DNA of 64,000 nucleotides from an uncultured beta proteobacterium (GTDB lineage Bacteria > Pseudomonadota > Gammaproteobacteria > Burkholderiales > SG8-39): positions 399 through 64,398 of the forward strand of contig CAWENY010000015.1 in NCBI GenBank assembly GCA_963810475.1, written 5' to 3'. The notes beneath the pieces were generated by a model. The model worked only from the letters and a program-made list of their open reading frames with translations. It had not been told where the DNA came from and made no database searches. Position numbers and translations under genes: made by a program. How positions within the stretch are numbered: the first letter of the stretch is position 1; each line of letters opens with the position of its first letter. Below are positions 1 to 10,600 of the stretch, piece by piece.

Positions 1-545
1 GCGCCGACTCCCCGGCACGGCGCTCGGCGCAGACGGCGCTCTGGCACATCACGCAAAGCCTGGTGCGGCTGATCGCGCCGATCCTGTCCTTCACCGCGGA
101 AGAGCTGTGGCAGGAATTCGCGCGCAAAAGCGATGACAGCGTGTTCTTCCAGACCTGGCATGAGTTGCCCACGCCGCCGCAGGGTGCGCAACTGCTCGCC
201 AAGTGGGCGCGGCTGCGCGAGCTGCGCGCCCCGGTAAGGAAGGAAGTCGAGGCCTTGAGGGCGGATGGCAAGGTGGGTTCTTCTTTGCAAGCCGAGGTCG
301 AGGTGACGGCACCCGCCCCCGACTATGAGCTGCTCGCCAGTCTCGGCGGCGACCTCAAGTTCTTGATGATTACCTCGGCGGCGCGCGTGGCCCGCGGCGA
401 CCAGGTGACGGCGAAGGTCACGCCCAGCGCCCATCCCAAGTGCGAGCGCTGCTGGCACTACCTCGCGGACGTCAATGGCGAAGGGTTGTGCGGCCGCTGC
501 CAGAGCAATCTGCGCGGGCCGGGCGAGACGCGCAAGCATGTCTAG
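1..545 (+). CDS. ileS: isoleucine--tRNA ligase, C-terminal fragment (5' end outside window)
   Basis: Frame is open to the window edge. IleRS C-terminal tail with APILSFTAEELWQ and the zinc-knuckle pair CERCWHY...CGRCQSNL. Followed by lspA, as in the conserved ileS-lspA pair. Confidence 0.9.
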   Translation, partial: ADSPARRSAQTALWHITQSLVRLIAPILSFTAEELWQEFARKSDDSVFFQTWHELPTPPQGAQLLAKWARLRELRAPVRKEVEALRADGKVGSSLQAEVEVTAPAPDYELLASLGGDLKFLMITSAARVARGDQVTAKVTPSAHPKCERCWHYLADVNGEGLCGRCQSNLRGPGETRKHV

Positions 546-1026
546 GGCGTGGCGCTGGTTCGCGCTGTCGGCGGCCATCGTGGCCGCCGACCAGCTCACC
601 AAATGGCTGGTGCTGGGCTATTTCGAGAACCGCTATCCGCGTGTGGAGCTCACCGGGTTCTTCAACCTGGTGCTGGTATTCAACAAGGGGGCGGCATTCA
701 GCCTGTTCGCGCAGGCGGCGGGCTGGCAGACGCCGCTGCTCGCCGCCTTCGCGCTCGCCGCGGCGGTGATCGTCAGCGTGCTGATCCTGCGCAATCCCGG
801 CCGCGGCCTGCTGTGCCTGGGCCTCGCGCTGATTCTCGGCGGCGCGCTCGGCAACCTGATCGACCGCGTGCGCTTCGGCCACGTCGTCGACTTCCTGGAT
901 TTCCATGCGCTCGGCTGGCATTGGCCGGCGTTCAACGTCGCCGACTCGGCGATCAGCGTCGGCGCGGTGATCCTGATCCTCGAGGGATTCGTCCACCATG
1001 AAAAGCGAGCTGGCGCTCCTTCTTAA
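538..1026 (+). CDS. lspA: lipoprotein signal peptidase (signal peptidase II)
   Basis: ATG at 538 ([11 protein letters not shown]..) overlaps the ileS stop. Motifs [24 protein letters not shown] and [18 protein letters not shown]. Multi-TM pattern. Confidence 0.9.
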   Translation: MSRAWRWFALSAAIVAADQLTKWLVLGYFENRYPRVELTGFFNLVLVFNKGAAFSLFAQAAGWQTPLLAAFALAAAVIVSVLILRNPGRGLLCLGLALILGGALGNLIDRVRFGHVVDFLDFHALGWHWPAFNVADSAISVGAVILILEGFVHHEKRAGAPS

Positions 1027-1540
1027 GGCGCTCGCGTTCGCCGCGCACAAGCACCGCGACCAGCGCCGCAAGGACCCTGAAGCATCGCCGTACATCAACC
1101 ACCCGATCGCGCTCGCCGACGTGCTGGTGAACGAAGGCGGCGTGACCGACGTGGAGGTGCTGTGCGCCGCGCTGTTGCACGACACGGTCGAGGACACGGC
1201 GACCACACCCGACGAGCTTGCCGAAGCGTTCGGCGCGCGCGTGGCGAGCATCGTCGCCGAGGTCACCGACGACAGCCGGCTGCCCAAGGCGGAGCGCAAG
1301 CGCCTGCAGATCGAGCACGCCGGCGCCCTATCGACGCAGGCGAAGCTCGTCAAGCTGGCCGACAAGATCTGCAACCTGCGCGATGTCGCGCAGCGGCCGC
1401 CGGCGAGCTGGGACCTCGCGCGCCGGCGCGAGTACTTCGACTGGGCCAAGCGCGTGGTCGACGGCCTGCGCGGCGTGACGAGTGAAGAGATGCGTCGGCT
1501 CGAAGCGGCGTTCGACGCGGCGTACCGCATGCGAAAATAG
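998..1540 (+). CDS. HD-domain protein, SpoT/Mesh1-like small (p)ppGpp hydrolase family
   Basis: 180-aa [31 protein letters not shown] matches the RelA/SpoT hydrolase HD motif. No synthetase domain. Confidence 0.75.
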   Translation: MKSELALLLKALAFAAHKHRDQRRKDPEASPYINHPIALADVLVNEGGVTDVEVLCAALLHDTVEDTATTPDELAEAFGARVASIVAEVTDDSRLPKAERKRLQIEHAGALSTQAKLVKLADKICNLRDVAQRPPASWDLARRREYFDWAKRVVDGLRGVTSEEMRRLEAAFDAAYRMRK

Positions 1541-1544
1541 CGCC

Positions 1545-2495
1545 ATGGACGTTCTGCTAGCGAATCCCCGCGGCTTCTGCGCCGGCGTCGAGCGCGCGAT
1601 CGAGATCGTGGAGCGCGCGCTCGAGCTGCACGGCGCGCCGATCTACGTGCGCCACGAGATCGTGCACAACAAGTACGTGGTCGACGATCTGCGCGCCAAG
1701 GGCGCGGTGTTCGTCGAGGAGCTGGACGAGGTGCCCACCGGCGCGACCGTGATCTTCAGTGCGCACGGCGTATCGCAGGAGGTGCGTGCCGACGCGGAGC
1801 GCCGCGGGCTGAAGGTGTTCGACGCCACCTGCCCGCTCGTCACCAAGGTGCACGTCGAGGTCGCAAAGATGCTGCGCGCGCACCATGAGGTGGTGATGAT
1901 CGGCCACCGCGGCCACCCGGAAGCCGAGGGCACGATGGGCCAGGCGACGCACGGCATGCACCTGGTGGAAACGGTCGAGGACGTCGCCGGGCTGCGCGTC
2001 GCCTCGCCGGAGCGCCTTGCGTACGTCACGCAGACCACGCTGTCGGTCGACGACGCGCGCGCCATTGTCGCCGCGCTGAAAGCGCGCTTTCCGACGATCC
2101 ACGGGCCGAAGAAGGACGACATCTGCTACGCGACGCAGAACCGCCAGGACGCGGTGAAGATCATGGCGCCCCAGTGCGAGGTGGTCATCGTGGTCGGCTC
2201 GCCGAACAGCTCGAACTCCAACCGGCTGCGCGAAGTCGCCCAGCACATGGGCGCCGAGGCGTACATGGTGGATCGCGCCGCGGACCTGAAGGCGGAATGG
2301 GTCGCGGGCAAGCGCCGCGTTGGCGTAACCGCGGGCGCCTCTGCGCCGCAGGTGCTGGTGGACGAGCTGATCGCGCGCCTCAAGGCGCTGGGCGCGGCCA
2401 GCGTGCACACGCTCCCGGGAATCACGGAAAGCGTGGTGTTCACCCTGCCGCGCGAGCTGGTGCGGGGCAACAAGCCGTCCAGCCGCGCGGGATGA
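1545..2495 (+). CDS. ispH: 4-hydroxy-3-methylbut-2-enyl diphosphate reductase
   Basis: ATG at 1545 ([23 protein letters not shown]). Motifs [16 protein letters not shown] and [13 protein letters not shown]. Conserved ileS-lspA-ispH neighbourhood. Confidence 0.95.
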   Translation: MDVLLANPRGFCAGVERAIEIVERALELHGAPIYVRHEIVHNKYVVDDLRAKGAVFVEELDEVPTGATVIFSAHGVSQEVRADAERRGLKVFDATCPLVTKVHVEVAKMLRAHHEVVMIGHRGHPEAEGTMGQATHGMHLVETVEDVAGLRVASPERLAYVTQTTLSVDDARAIVAALKARFPTIHGPKKDDICYATQNRQDAVKIMAPQCEVVIVVGSPNSSNSNRLREVAQHMGAEAYMVDRAADLKAEWVAGKRRVGVTAGASAPQVLVDELIARLKALGAASVHTLPGITESVVFTLPRELVRGNKPSSRAG

Positions 2496-3955
2496 ACGCA
2501 GGACGGCTGGAAGAGGCTCTCCAGTACATCAAATCGGGCGACTACGGCATCGCGCTTTCCACCTGCCGCGACGTCATCGAGCGCCACCCCGACGACGCCG
2601 ACGCGCTCCATCTCGCCGGCTACCTGCACCAGCTGAAAGGCGAGCACGAGGACGCTCTGCGCTATTTCGCGCAGGCCGGGCTGCTCGCCCCGGGTAACGC
2701 CGAAATCCACAACAACCACGCCGGATCATTGAAGGCCCTGGGGCGCTTCGCCGAGGCCGAGCGCTACTACCGCCGCGCGATCGAGGTCGAACCCGGGTTC
2801 GGTTTAGCGCACCACAACTTCGCCGATCTGCTGGTCAAGCTGGACCGTCCGGCGGAGGCCACCGCGCGCTGCCGCGCGGCGTTGCAGCTCGAGCCTGGCC
2901 TGGCCCAGACTTACATTACGCTCGGCATGGCACTCGAGCACCAGGGCCGCTACGAAGAAGCGATCGCCGCGCACCGCGAATCGGCGCGGGGCGGCCACCG
3001 CGCCGCGGGCGAGTTCGGCGAATCGGTGGTGCGCCTGCTTCGGGGCGAATGGCAGGCGGGCTGGGAAAAGTACGAGGCGAGGCTCGAGGTGCCCGCCGTA
3101 CAGGCTCTGCACGAGCGCTTCGACTATCCGCGCTGGCGCGGCAGCGCTCTCCAGCGTCGCACGCTGCTCGTCGGGCGCGAACAGGGCCTGGGCGATGAAA
3201 TCATGTTCGCCTCCTGCTTCAACGAGGTGCTCGATGTCGCCGGGCGTTGCTTCATCACCTGCCATCGGCGCCTGCAGCCGCTTTTCGCGCGCTCGTTCCC
3301 CAAGGCGAGCTTCCTGTCGGGCAGCGAGGCCGATTTGCGCGCACGCCTCGCGAGCGAGACCGTGGACTTTCAGATACCCGCCGGCAGCCTGCCCCTGGTG
3401 TTTCGCGCCGGGTCGGGCGAATTCCCGCGCCACACCGGTTATCTGCGCGCGGATCCTGCGCGCATCGAGCACTGGCGTTTGCGCCTTGCCGGTCTGTCGA
3501 GCGGGCGCTGGATCGGCCTGTCCTGGCGAGGCGGCTTGCCCGGCACCGGATACGCGCGGCGCTCGATCGAACTTGAAGCCCTGCGCCCGCTGCTACAGCT
3601 TCCCGACGCGCGCTTCGTCAGCCTGCAGTATGGCGATGTCGGGGCCGAGGTCGCATCGCTCGAACGCAACCATGGCATCCGGGTCGAGCATTGGCCCGAC
3701 CTCATCGAGAGCACCGACGACACCGCGGCGCTGATCTGCGCGCTCGAGATGACGGTGAGCGTGTGCACGGCGGTCGTGCACCTCGCCGGCGCGCTCGGCC
3801 GCCCGGCGTGCGTGATGGTGCCGTCGGTCCCGGAATGGCGCTATGGCGCGCGGGGCGAGGCCATGTCGTGGTATCCGTCCGTGCGCCTTTTCCGACAGGC
3901 GGCCGCGGGCGATTGGACGCCGGTGCTCGAGCGCGTGCGCGCCGCGCTTGCCTGA
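2492..3955 (+). CDS. TPR-repeat protein with C-terminal glycosyltransferase family 9-like domain
   Basis: ATG at 2492 forms an ATGA overlap with the ispH stop. N-terminal TPR array ([22 protein letters not shown]...). C-terminal [15 protein letters not shown] and [16 protein letters not shown] resemble heptosyltransferase-fold proteins. Confidence 0.8.
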   Translation: MNAGRLEEALQYIKSGDYGIALSTCRDVIERHPDDADALHLAGYLHQLKGEHEDALRYFAQAGLLAPGNAEIHNNHAGSLKALGRFAEAERYYRRAIEVEPGFGLAHHNFADLLVKLDRPAEATARCRAALQLEPGLAQTYITLGMALEHQGRYEEAIAAHRESARGGHRAAGEFGESVVRLLRGEWQAGWEKYEARLEVPAVQALHERFDYPRWRGSALQRRTLLVGREQGLGDEIMFASCFNEVLDVAGRCFITCHRRLQPLFARSFPKASFLSGSEADLRARLASETVDFQIPAGSLPLVFRAGSGEFPRHTGYLRADPARIEHWRLRLAGLSSGRWIGLSWRGGLPGTGYARRSIELEALRPLLQLPDARFVSLQYGDVGAEVASLERNHGIRVEHWPDLIESTDDTAALICALEMTVSVCTAVVHLAGALGRPACVMVPSVPEWRYGARGEAMSWYPSVRLFRQAAAGDWTPVLERVRAALA

Positions 3956-3959
3956 GCAC

Positions 3960-6143
3960 GTGGAGCGCCTGCAGGGCTTGCTCGACGCGGGACTGGAAAG
4001 CTTGCGCGAGGGTCGCGTGGCCGACGCGCGCGCCGCCTTCGCCGCCGTGCTCGAGCTCTCGCCGCGTCACCCCGACGCGCATTACTTGCTGGCGCACACC
4101 GCTTTCCTTGCCGGCGAGATGCAGGAAGCCGAGCGCGCGATCGGCGTGGCGCTGCTCCATGATCCAAAGCGGCCGGATTTTCACCTGTTCCACGGCAACG
4201 TGTTGCAGCGCCAGGGCAACCTGCCTGCCGCCGAGCAGAAATATCGCGATGCCCTCGGACACGCACCCGGCTATGCCGAAGGCGAGCTCAATCTGGGCAA
4301 CGTCCTCGGCGATCAGGGACGCACGCAGGACGCGCTCGCGGCGTATGCGGCCGCGATCGAGCGCAAGCCAGGCTTGCTGGTCGCCTATCTCAATCGCGCC
4401 GCGCTTCTAAAGCGAGCCGGAGACATCGACGCGGCGAGGCGCGAATACGCGCGCATGGAAGAGCTGTTTCCGGCCGTGGCCGAGGTGCTTTACTGGCGCG
4501 CGCGCCTGGAGCACGACGCGGGCGACGCCGCTGAAGCGCGCCGGCGCTACGAAAAACTGCTCGCCGCGTATCCCGAGAATGCGCATGGCCATAACGGGCT
4601 CGGCGCCCTGCTGCTCGCGCAATCGAAAGTGGCCGCGGCTCTCGTGCATTTCGAGCGCTGCCTGGCGGCCGATCCCGAGCACCGCCAGGCATTGGCGAAC
4701 GCGGCGGCGATCCTTCGCCACCAGGGCAAGCTCGAGCGCGCCGGTGCTCTTCTGCGCCGGCTGCTCAAACTCGAGCCGAACAACCTCGAAACGCGGCTGC
4801 GCCTGGGCAGGATCCTGAGCGAGGCCGCACGCTACGGCGAAGCGCTGCGCGAGCTGCTGACGGTGCGCAAGCAGCGGCCCGAGTGGGAAGAAGCGCATCT
4901 CGCCATCGCCGATGTCTACCTGCAGATCGGAAGGCCCGAGAAGGCGCTGGCTGCGAACGCGCGTGCGCTCGTCCTCCAGCCGGGCAACTTCGGCGCCCGC
5001 CTCAACCAAGCGCTGCTGACCGGCGAATCCGGCGACCCGCAGGCGGCGCTCGCGCAACTCGAGATTCTCCTCCAGGAAGCACCCGCCCATTCGCGGGTCC
5101 TGGATGGAATGGGCCGGCAGCTGTGCGCGCTCAACCGCTACGAGGAAGGCATTGCCCGCTTCCGTCAGGCTCTCGAGCGCGCGCCCGAAGACCCGGGCGT
5201 GCATAACAACCTTTCCATCGCGCTGCTGGCGAGCGGGGATTTCGCCAACGGCTGGCGGCATCAGGGGAAGAAATGGGGCCTGCGCGAAAATGCCCGCCTG
5301 CGGCCGGATTTCGCCGCGCCGCTGTGGCGGGGGCAGTCGCTCGCCGGCAAGTCTCTCTACGTCTGGTCGGAGCAGGGACTCGGCGACCAGGTGATGTTCG
5401 CGAACATGTTTGCGGACCTGGTGGCGGCCGGCGGGCGCTGTACGTTCGAGGTCCACCCGAGACTCGAGCGCCTGTTCGCGCGCTCGTTTGCGGGGTCCGA
5501 GGTGGTGGGCAAGCGCCCGCGCAAGGCGTCGCCGCGCCAGCCCGACTACCACGTGCCGATGAGCGGGCTCGGGGAATTCCTGCGCAGCGATCTCACCTCG
5601 TTTCCTGCGCATTCGGGCTACCTGGCGGCGAACCCTTCGCGGCGTCTGCACTGGCGTACGCGCCTTACGGCGCTTGGCCCCGGCTTGCGGTTGGGAATCT
5701 CGTGGCGCGGCGGGACCGATCGCACCGACCGCCGGCTCCGATCGATCCCGCTAGAGCAGTGGCAGCCGATCCTGCGCTTACCCGGTGTGCAGTTCGTCAG
5801 CCTGCAGTATGGAGATTGCCGGCAGGAGTTGGAAGCCGCGCGCGCAAGCGGCACGCGCATCGCGCACTGGCAGGATGCGGTGGACGACCTCGATGAGTGT
5901 GCAGCGCTGCTGAGCGAGCTCGACCTTGTGGTCAGCGTCGCGACTACTGTAATTCACCTTGCCGGCGCGCTGGCGCGGCCGGTGTGGGTGCTGGTTCCGG
6001 CCCGCCCGGGCTGGCGCTACCTGCTGGAAGGCGAGCACTTACCGTGGTACCCGTCGGCGCACTTGTGGCGCCAGGCCAGACTCGCTGAATGGGAGCCGCT
6101 ACTCGGGCGTCTAGCGCAGGCTATTGGCCTTTTTCGTTCTTGA
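3960..6143 (+). CDS. TPR-repeat protein with C-terminal glycosyltransferase family 9-like domain (paralog of the upstream gene)
   Basis: ORF is open from 3843. The first plausible start after the upstream stop is GTG 3960 (VERLQGLLD..). Long TPR array, then GLGDQVMF, GISWRGG and SVATTVIHLAGALARP. The start codon is uncertain. Confidence 0.8.
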   Translation: MERLQGLLDAGLESLREGRVADARAAFAAVLELSPRHPDAHYLLAHTAFLAGEMQEAERAIGVALLHDPKRPDFHLFHGNVLQRQGNLPAAEQKYRDALGHAPGYAEGELNLGNVLGDQGRTQDALAAYAAAIERKPGLLVAYLNRAALLKRAGDIDAARREYARMEELFPAVAEVLYWRARLEHDAGDAAEARRRYEKLLAAYPENAHGHNGLGALLLAQSKVAAALVHFERCLAADPEHRQALANAAAILRHQGKLERAGALLRRLLKLEPNNLETRLRLGRILSEAARYGEALRELLTVRKQRPEWEEAHLAIADVYLQIGRPEKALAANARALVLQPGNFGARLNQALLTGESGDPQAALAQLEILLQEAPAHSRVLDGMGRQLCALNRYEEGIARFRQALERAPEDPGVHNNLSIALLASGDFANGWRHQGKKWGLRENARLRPDFAAPLWRGQSLAGKSLYVWSEQGLGDQVMFANMFADLVAAGGRCTFEVHPRLERLFARSFAGSEVVGKRPRKASPRQPDYHVPMSGLGEFLRSDLTSFPAHSGYLAANPSRRLHWRTRLTALGPGLRLGISWRGGTDRTDRRLRSIPLEQWQPILRLPGVQFVSLQYGDCRQELEAARASGTRIAHWQDAVDDLDECAALLSELDLVVSVATTVIHLAGALARPVWVLVPARPGWRYLLEGEHLPWYPSAHLWRQARLAEWEPLLGRLAQAIGLFRS

Positions 6144-7101
6144 GCCGGTCCTGAATACGGTCGACGTACTCGATCGCCTGCCCATGGCCCTGGCGTGCCG
6201 CGCGCACCAGCCAGCCGAAAGCTTCCTGTGGGTCGGGCTTTACGATCAGCCCGTCGATGTAGGCGAGTCCGAGGTCGAACTGCGCCGGCGCGTGGCCCTG
6301 GAGGGCGCTGCGTTGTAGCAGTACGAGCGACTGCTTGGGATTGCGTCCGGCGCCGAGCCAGCCAAAGCGGTAGACCACTGCCAGCAAGTACTCGGCCTCG
6401 GGCTGCTTCTGGTCGGCTGCCGCGCGCAGCCAGTGCAGCGCTTTCTGGTCGTCTCTCCCCACACCGCTGCCCTCGCGGTAGAGCAGGGCGGCGCGGTATT
6501 GGGCATCGCGGTCTTTTGCTTCGGCGGCGCGCACCAGAAGGCCGGCGGCCTCGTTCGGATTCTTTTCGTAGCCACGGCCCTCCAGGTAAAGCATGCCGAG
6601 CCGGTACAGCGCGTACGGTTCGCCCTGCGCGGCGGCCTTTTCGATCCAGGCTTTGCCCTCGTCCGTGTTGGTCGGAAAGCCGACCCCGTCGAGGTGGAAA
6701 GCGCCGACCTTCGCTTGTGAGCGCGCGTAGCCTTGCGCGGCCGCGGAGAGATACCACCTGCGCGCCTCCTCCGGGTCCTTGAGCGCGCCGCTGGAGCGCT
6801 CGTAAATCACGCCGAGGTTGTGCTGCGAGGGCACGTGGCCCTTGCGGGCCGCCCGCAGAAACCAGTCGACCGCCAGGTCGTCGCTTTGCGTGGCGCCCTG
6901 GCCGGAGACGTGCATCAATCCCATCAGGTACTCGGCGTAGGCATCGCCGCCGGCTGCGTGCCGCTGGATCTCCCCGCTCGCGACCGCCGAACCGCTCGCC
7001 GCCTGCTTGGCCAGCGCGCCGAGCTCCGCGTCGTCGAGAGCGAACGCGGCGCCGGAGACTAACGCCGCCAAGGCGGCAAAGAGCAACGCGCGCAATGTCA
7101 T
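6121..7101 (-). CDS. Sel1-like repeat (SLR/TPR-family) secreted protein
   Basis: Signal peptide MTLRALLFAALAALVSGAAFA. Repeated ~36-aa units of the type A..W(F/Y)..AA.QG...AQ..LG..Y. Its ATG shares an ATGA overlap with the upstream TonB_C gene stop. Confidence 0.85.
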   Translation of the reverse strand: MTLRALLFAALAALVSGAAFALDDAELGALAKQAASGSAVASGEIQRHAAGGDAYAEYLMGLMHVSGQGATQSDDLAVDWFLRAARKGHVPSQHNLGVIYERSSGALKDPEEARRWYLSAAAQGYARSQAKVGAFHLDGVGFPTNTDEGKAWIEKAAAQGEPYALYRLGMLYLEGRGYEKNPNEAAGLLVRAAEAKDRDAQYRAALLYREGSGVGRDDQKALHWLRAAADQKQPEAEYLLAVVYRFGWLGAGRNPKQSLVLLQRSALQGHAPAQFDLGLAYIDGLIVKPDPQEAFGWLVRAARQGHGQAIEYVDRIQDRLKNEKGQ

Positions 7102-7667
7102 CGCGAGGCATTCTCCGGGTGCGGGCTGCCGAACAGAACTTCAACCCGCATCACCGCCTTGACCGGCACGCCGCCCTTGATACCGGGAAGGAACCGAGCC
7201 GCGGCGAAGGCATCGCGCGCGGCAGCCTCGAAGGCGCCGGTGCGGTCGGCCGACTCCGCTGCCACGGTCTCTACGCTGCCCTCTTCATCGAGATAAAGCC
7301 GCAGCACCACGCGGCCGGTCGGCACGAGGGCCAGCGCCGGGAAGTTGGGCTCGACGTGCGAAAGAATCTGCGGCCGGCGATCGAGCTCATGGGCGTGGAA
7401 GTAACGCGGCGCACGGGGAACGCCCGCCGCCGGCGATGCAGGCGCCACGGGAGCCACCGAAGGCGCCTCGCCAGGCTCGGGCAGCAGCATTACGCGCAGC
7501 AAGCCCGCGCCCGGATGCGCCGCTGAAAAGCCGGCTGCCGGCTGCCATGCGTGCGGCAGCACAGCGAACCCCTGGAGCAGGGCCGCATGCGCAACCAGCG
7601 AAGCGGCCAGCGCCAGTCCGAGCCGCTGGATGCTCGCCGGCGCTATTCCTTGATCAGCTCGCGCCAC
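7098..7667 (-). CDS. TonB C-terminal-domain (energy transducer-like) protein
   Basis: C-terminal PNFPALALVPTGRVVLRLYLDEEGSVETVAAE..FEAAARDAFAAARFLPGIKGGVPVKAVMRVEVLF fits the TonB_C pattern. One N-terminal TM segment (LGLALAASLVAHAALL). Start placed at GTG 7667, which overlaps the pilY1 end by 25 nt. The ORF is open to 7883, so the start is uncertain. Confidence 0.6.
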   Translation of the reverse strand: MARADQGIAPASIQRLGLALAASLVAHAALLQGFAVLPHAWQPAAGFSAAHPGAGLLRVMLLPEPGEAPSVAPVAPASPAAGVPRAPRYFHAHELDRRPQILSHVEPNFPALALVPTGRVVLRLYLDEEGSVETVAAESADRTGAFEAAARDAFAAARFLPGIKGGVPVKAVMRVEVLFGSPHPENASR

Positions 7668-10600
7668 GAGACGCGCCGGCCGGCGAAGCTCGAGCTGGGC
7701 ACCGGCGTGTTCTGCGTCAGCTGCTGGTTGTCGGCCGTGGTCACGATGGTCACGACCTTGCCGCCGGGCAGCATGATGACGTTGATACCCACCGCGAGCG
7801 AGCTGGCGACCTTGATGCTGGCCATGCTGTCTGTGGCTCCCGGTACGAAGGAGCCGGTCGCGTAGTCGAGGAAGTTGAGCCACGAGAAACCGCCCGCCGT
7901 GCAGGTGTTGTTCGATGGAACGTTGGAGGCGACCACCAGCGTGCCGAGCTGCAGCTGCGGGTCTACGTTGACGCGCTCGCCGTCGTCCGGCAAGTCGAGC
8001 AGCCAGCCGAAATCGGTCGCCCAGTTCGGTACCGTCCCCGCTGCGACCGTGCGATCGGGGTCGTCGGCCGAAAAAGCGGCGAACTGCCGCACCTTGATCA
8101 ACGGGTTGGAGCGTACCGCGCTGATGATGGGGCCGGCGGTCACGCTCGGCACATCCTTCAGTGCGTAGATGGTCTGGTCCGACATGTCCGTCTTGTCGGT
8201 GTTCTCCAGGAACTTGCCGGTGCCGAACAGGATCAAGCGGTCGTTGGGCTGGTTCGGCACCGGGCCGAGCTCGGGCTTCACCGTGATCGGCTGCGCGACG
8301 CCGCCGGCATCAACGACCGTCGCCACCCGCACGGTGGAAAGGAAGCCTGGCTTTACGACTGGCACGCCGCCGCCGTCGACGCCGCCCTCGGGGTCGAGGT
8401 CGAAACGCCAAAGGTTGCCCGCCAGGTCGCCGCCGTACACCGCCAGGACCGTATTGTCGAGATTGGCGTTCGTTGCCCAGCCGTTGATTTTGGCGAGGCC
8501 CGAAGGCGACGCCGCACTGCCGACGGGGGTGGCGAGGCGATGCAGAATCCTGCCAGTGCTCGCCTCCAGAATGTAGAGGTAGCCCCTCCCGTCGCCACCG
8601 CTTACGGTGTTGTTGTAGCCCGAAGTGACGATCACCACCCATTTGCTCGGAGCAGTGGGCCCCGGTCCGGTCTTGATCTTGGTGATGAGCGGGTTGCCGT
8701 ACGACAGGCCGAGGTGGCAATCCGAGGTCTTGTCGCCGACCGCGATTTCGGTGTCGCTATAGCAGACGCCTCGGTTGGTGAATTCCCACAGTACCTTGAC
8801 TCCGCTCGGCATGGGGTCGGTCACGTCGAGCGCGTAATACCCGATACCGCCCGAATTGAGGCCAGCCACCAGGATCGTGCGCCAGTCGCTCGCAGTTGCC
8901 GTGCCGCTCGGCGGCAGGCCGCACGCCGAGCTGACACAGATGTCGCCCACTTGTGGCGAGCCGTCGGTCAAGTAGCGGTGGCTGTAGGGCTTGTTGGCAA
9001 GCCGCCAGACATTCGGCAGCACGATACCGGGAACATAGGCCCACCGCTCCACGCCGTTGCCGCTGTTGTTGCCCTGAAACGTGTCGTCGGTCGTGACAAA
9101 GGGGAAGCCGATGCCCGCGGTCTGAAAGTACGGGTTGTTATTGACGTCGGTTTCGAAGGCGTGCAGATAGCCGTCGTTCGCGGCGGCGTACACCGTGCCG
9201 CGTCGCGAGTTCGTGCTCGACTGGAACGCGGCGTAACCGGCATCGCCATACAAGAAGGGCGATTTCTTCACGTACGCCGGCTGGGCGTTGATGATATCGC
9301 CCAGGATGCTGTTCCGCAGCCGGAAGAGATCGCTGGCCGCGCCGCCGCCGCTGTCCTCGTACGTGCGCTCGCCGCGGAAGAAATTCAGCACCTTCTCGGC
9401 GCTCACCGCGGCGAGCTTCCCCGGGTCCGCCTCGATCAAGGGGTATTGCGCGAGCTGCGTCGGCCTGAAATAACCCTGCTCGTCGAGGGTGAGGCCGCTG
9501 CCGTCGGTGCAGGTCGAGCCGCCGGCGGCAGGCCAGCACAAGTGCTTCATCAGGTTGCCGGCCGAGTCGGACGGATCGTAGGTGAAGATATTGCGGGCGG
9601 CATGCGCCTGCAGGTTGAGCAGCGAAGACGCCGACCATAGCGTGACGTCGGAGACGATGCCGCTCGAGAGGTCGATGGTTTTCGCTTTCAGGTCGCCGAT
9701 CCAGTCCGCGGTCTGGTACTGCGCGGTGAAGGCGAAGTTGTCGCCGGCAACCGGCTGCAGGTTCGAGGTCGCCGCCGCCGCGCCCGCGCCGATGCGCGTT
9801 TGCAAACCCGAGAGCGTCTGGGTCAGCGCCGTGGAAAGCGTGTCCGGGTCGCGCGCGGAGAAGAAGGCGCCGCGTCCGTTCACCGCCGCGTGCCACAAGT
9901 CATCGAGCGCGCTGGGCGTATCGCCGCGCGGCGAGGGCCAGTTCTTCAACCCGGACTTGATGCTGGCGAAGTCGCCCGTAGTGGCGGTTTGGTAATCGCT
10001 GCGGTAGGTGAGCTCCCCGTCCAGGCCTAGTCCAAGCGTGAACGTCACCATGTGCTGCGCGGCGTTGGTGTCGTTGTTGGTCACCGGCACGTTATTGCTG
10101 GCGAACGCGCCGCTCGTGCGCAAGTCGGTCTTGTAGTAGTACATCGCCACGTCGGCGAGCGTCCCGGCCCCGCCGGTCACGGTCTCGCTCGCGGTCGTGC
10201 CCGACAGAAGGCCGCCGTCGAATGCGCCGGACGCGCGCGTGGAATAGCCGGAATCCAGGTTGTCCTGGTTACCCATTGCGGTTCCGGAGAGATCCTGCCC
10301 GCCTTCCTTGTTCCAGTAGCCGTCGGTCGAAAGGATGGCGAAGTTCGGCTGGCACGATGCCGTCATCGGATCGTCGGTCGCCGGAATGCCGCTGGTCAGG
10401 CCGGTGTTGAGCTGGCCGGCGAACATCCAGCCCACTCGCGATAGCGCCTCGCGCAGCGGTGTGAAATTGGCCGCGGACTGGCTGTAGAACTTCGAGTACC
10501 AGGCCCGCTTGTGCCCGGTCGCGCCGCCGGTGAAGTCCGAAACTTTCAGATACTTCGTCGAGCTTACCGGGTTGCCGGGGTTGATGGTGATGAAGCCGAC

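Noticed and set aside
7436-9640. 734-aa ORF on the plus strand, antisense to pilY1
   Set aside because: Arg/Ala/Gly/Val-rich low-complexity translation with no recognisable motif. It mirrors a gene with strong family signatures on the other strand. This is a typical GC-rich shadow ORF.
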